Part shown: positions 1 to 780 of the stretch, in pieces
Position numbering within the stretch: the stretch's first letter is position 1
Layout of the letters: every line of letters begins with the position of its first letter
Program-made: the position numbers and the translations under genes
Notes under the pieces: model-generated
What the model saw: the letters and a program-made list of their open reading frames with translations, nothing else
Told to the model about the DNA's origin: nothing
Databases searched by the model: none
Assembly (NCBI RefSeq): GCF_003334255.1
Contig: NZ_QOWU01000188.1
From: Escherichia coli
GTDB taxonomy: Bacteria; Pseudomonadota; Gammaproteobacteria; Enterobacterales; Enterobacteriaceae
DNA length: 780 nucleotides
Reading direction: 5' to 3' (one strand)

Positions 1-331
1 CAAGAAACGAGGGCAGGGCGCGAAGTTCTGCCATGGCTTCCGATACCACCGTGGGCGGATTCTCGCGTTTGTGCTTCGCCAGTTTTTCCAGTCTGACCCG
101 ACGCTCTTCGTCGTGGTGAAGATACGAATTAATTCGCTTGCCTTCGTCTGTGTTTGTCAGGAAGGAGACGGTTTCTTCATCCAGTCTGGCATCAATGCGA
201 ATGTCCTCGTTGATGTAGCTCTGAATGGCCTGGCGTAATGCGGTTGGTTGTGCTCTGCCGAACGTTTCAGGATCGATAACCGGTAGCGGTGCGTTCCACG
301 GGTACGCCAGCTGTGCATTGCGGTCACTCAT
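1..331 (-). CDS. Hypothetical protein, N-terminal part only (at least 110 aa: MSDRNAQLAYPWNAPLPVIDPETFGRAQPTALRQAIQSYINEDIRIDARLDEETVSFLTNTDEGKRINSYLHHDEERRVRLEKLAKHKRENPPTVVSEAMAELRALPSFL...); 3' end lies beyond the left window edge
   Basis: Hand translation of the minus strand from the ATG at 331..329 gives an uninterrupted frame of 110 codons to position 1. It is absent from the ORF track because it has no stop in the window. GGGGAG Shine-Dalgarno at 345..340 with an 8-nt spacer. The start overlaps the stop of the upstream ORF (ATGAGTGA, 331..324). The in-frame upstream stop is at 433..431, and the only other in-frame candidate start (GTG at 400..398) has no Shine-Dalgarno motif. Confidence 0.7.
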   Translation of the reverse strand, partial: MSDRNAQLAYPWNAPLPVIDPETFGRAQPTALRQAIQSYINEDIRIDARLDEETVSFLTNTDEGKRINSYLHHDEERRVRLEKLAKHKRENPPTVVSEAMAELRALPSFL

Positions 332-743
332 GCGTCGTACTCCCCGCCAGTGACCTCCTGAAACGCCCGCGGTACAGCACGAGAAGGCGCTGGTATTCAC
401 CGATAAAGTCTTCTGCGGTGTATATGCCTTTCACGGCCACGCTGTGGGTTGTCATTTCCAGAACCAGTGCCATCTCTGACGATGACCAACTGATGGCGGT
501 ACTGTCGGTGCCGTTGATGTGAAATAAACCAAAGCCATCACCGTCACCTTTCACGTCCACGCGGTAACGACCGTCAACGGTGAAGGAGAAATCCCCGTAT
601 GTGGTGATGCTGCGGGCGGCCTGTTTACAGGCGCGGCGGTAGTAGTCGTGCCAGTTGTTCAGGCGGGAAGCCAGCAGGGGATCCACCGCCCACATCCAGT
701 TAAAAAAGTCCTGAATATCTGAAAGTCCCTTAACGCTCTTCAT
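324..743 (-). CDS. Hypothetical protein, 139 aa (MKSVKGLSDIQDFFNWMW...RRSLAGSTTHE); function unknown
   Basis: Complete ORF from the supplied track, ATG at 743..741 and TGA stop at 326..324. GGAGG Shine-Dalgarno at 753..749 with a 5-nt spacer before the ATG. Codon usage is enterobacterial-like (CTG, CGC, GGT, GAC, AAA preferred). The antisense frame is low-complexity and R/S/T-rich, consistent with this strand being the coding one. The same frame stays open upstream to the window edge at 780, so a start further upstream cannot be excluded. Confidence 0.78.
   Translation of the reverse strand: MKSVKGLSDIQDFFNWMWAVDPLLASRLNNWHDYYRRACKQAARSITTYGDFSFTVDGRYRVDVKGDGDGFGLFHINGTDSTAISWSSSEMALVLEMTTHSVAVKGIYTAEDFIGEYQRLLVLYRGRFRRSLAGSTTHE
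340..345 (-). promoter_or_regulatory. Ribosome-binding site (GGGGAG) for the ORF starting at 331, embedded in the 3' end of the upstream ORF
   Basis: Minus-strand sequence reads CGGGGAGTACGACGCATGAGTGA, placing GGGGAG 8 nt upstream of the ATG, inside the last codons of the 743..324 ORF. Confidence 0.55.
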
Positions 744-748
744 GAGAA

Positions 749-753
749 CCTCC
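749..753 (-). promoter_or_regulatory. Ribosome-binding site (GGAGG) for the ORF starting at 743
   Basis: Minus-strand sequence reads CCGGAGGTTCTCATG, placing GGAGG 5 nt upstream of the ATG. Confidence 0.6.
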
Positions 754-780
754 GGTAACAGACGTGCGGAAGCCTCCCGC

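Noticed and set aside
125-136. Perfect 12-bp palindrome CGAATTAATTCG
   Set aside because: It sits inside the coding sequence of the 331..1 ORF. A single 12-bp palindrome in about 780 bp is not far from chance expectation (order 0.2), and there is no flanking symmetry or a second copy to suggest an operator or recombination site.
159-168. Shine-Dalgarno-like AGGAAGGAGA on the plus strand
   Set aside because: No ATG, GTG or TTG start with a substantial open frame follows at appropriate spacing on the plus strand. It is the reverse complement of ordinary codons (TCC TTC CTG) in the minus-strand gene.
271-274. GATC (Dam) site, and a GGATCC site at 679..684
   Set aside because: Isolated short restriction or methylation motifs are expected by chance. 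There is no clustering that would suggest a regulatory GATC array.
398-400. Alternative in-frame GTG start for the downstream ORF (minus strand, 400..398)
   Set aside because: It has no Shine-Dalgarno motif upstream and would create a 77-nt overlap with the upstream gene. The ATG at 331 with GGGGAG at 8-nt spacing is a much better initiation site.
289-522. Plus-strand ORF of 77 aa (MRSTGTPAVHCGHSC...) from the six-frame track
   Set aside because: It lies wholly antisense to the two well-supported minus-strand ORFs and spans their junction. Its translation is R/S/T/P-rich and low-complexity, and there is no convincing Shine-Dalgarno motif upstream of its ATG. It is most likely a shadow ORF of the opposite-strand coding sequence.
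519-536. A-rich stretch (GTGAAATAAACCAAAGCC) and a second at 697..714 that could mimic a minus-strand T-tract terminator
   Set aside because: There is no preceding GC-rich hairpin, and both lie within the continuous minus-strand reading frame of the 139-aa ORF.

Overview
The whole 780-bp window is coding on the minus strand, with no intergenic space. It holds one complete 139-aa ORF (743..324) and the 5' part of a second ORF (331..1, at least 110 codons, running off the left edge). The two overlap by 8 nt (ATGAGTGA), and each start codon is preceded by a strong Shine-Dalgarno motif, which suggests a translationally coupled operon. A third gene probably ends at or just upstream of the ATG at 743, but its frame cannot be resolved from about 40 nt. 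I do not recognise either protein as a known family from reading the sequence, so both are called hypothetical. Codon usage (CTG, CGC, GGT, AAA) and GC content (roughly mid-50s % by eye, not computed) look enterobacterial. No RNA genes, CRISPR repeats, mobile-element ends, promoters or terminators are visible. The plus-strand ORF 289..522 is most likely an antisense artefact. Nothing in the sequence alone demonstrates a novel system. The most that can be supported is a tightly coupled module of unknown function that deserves homology and structure searches.
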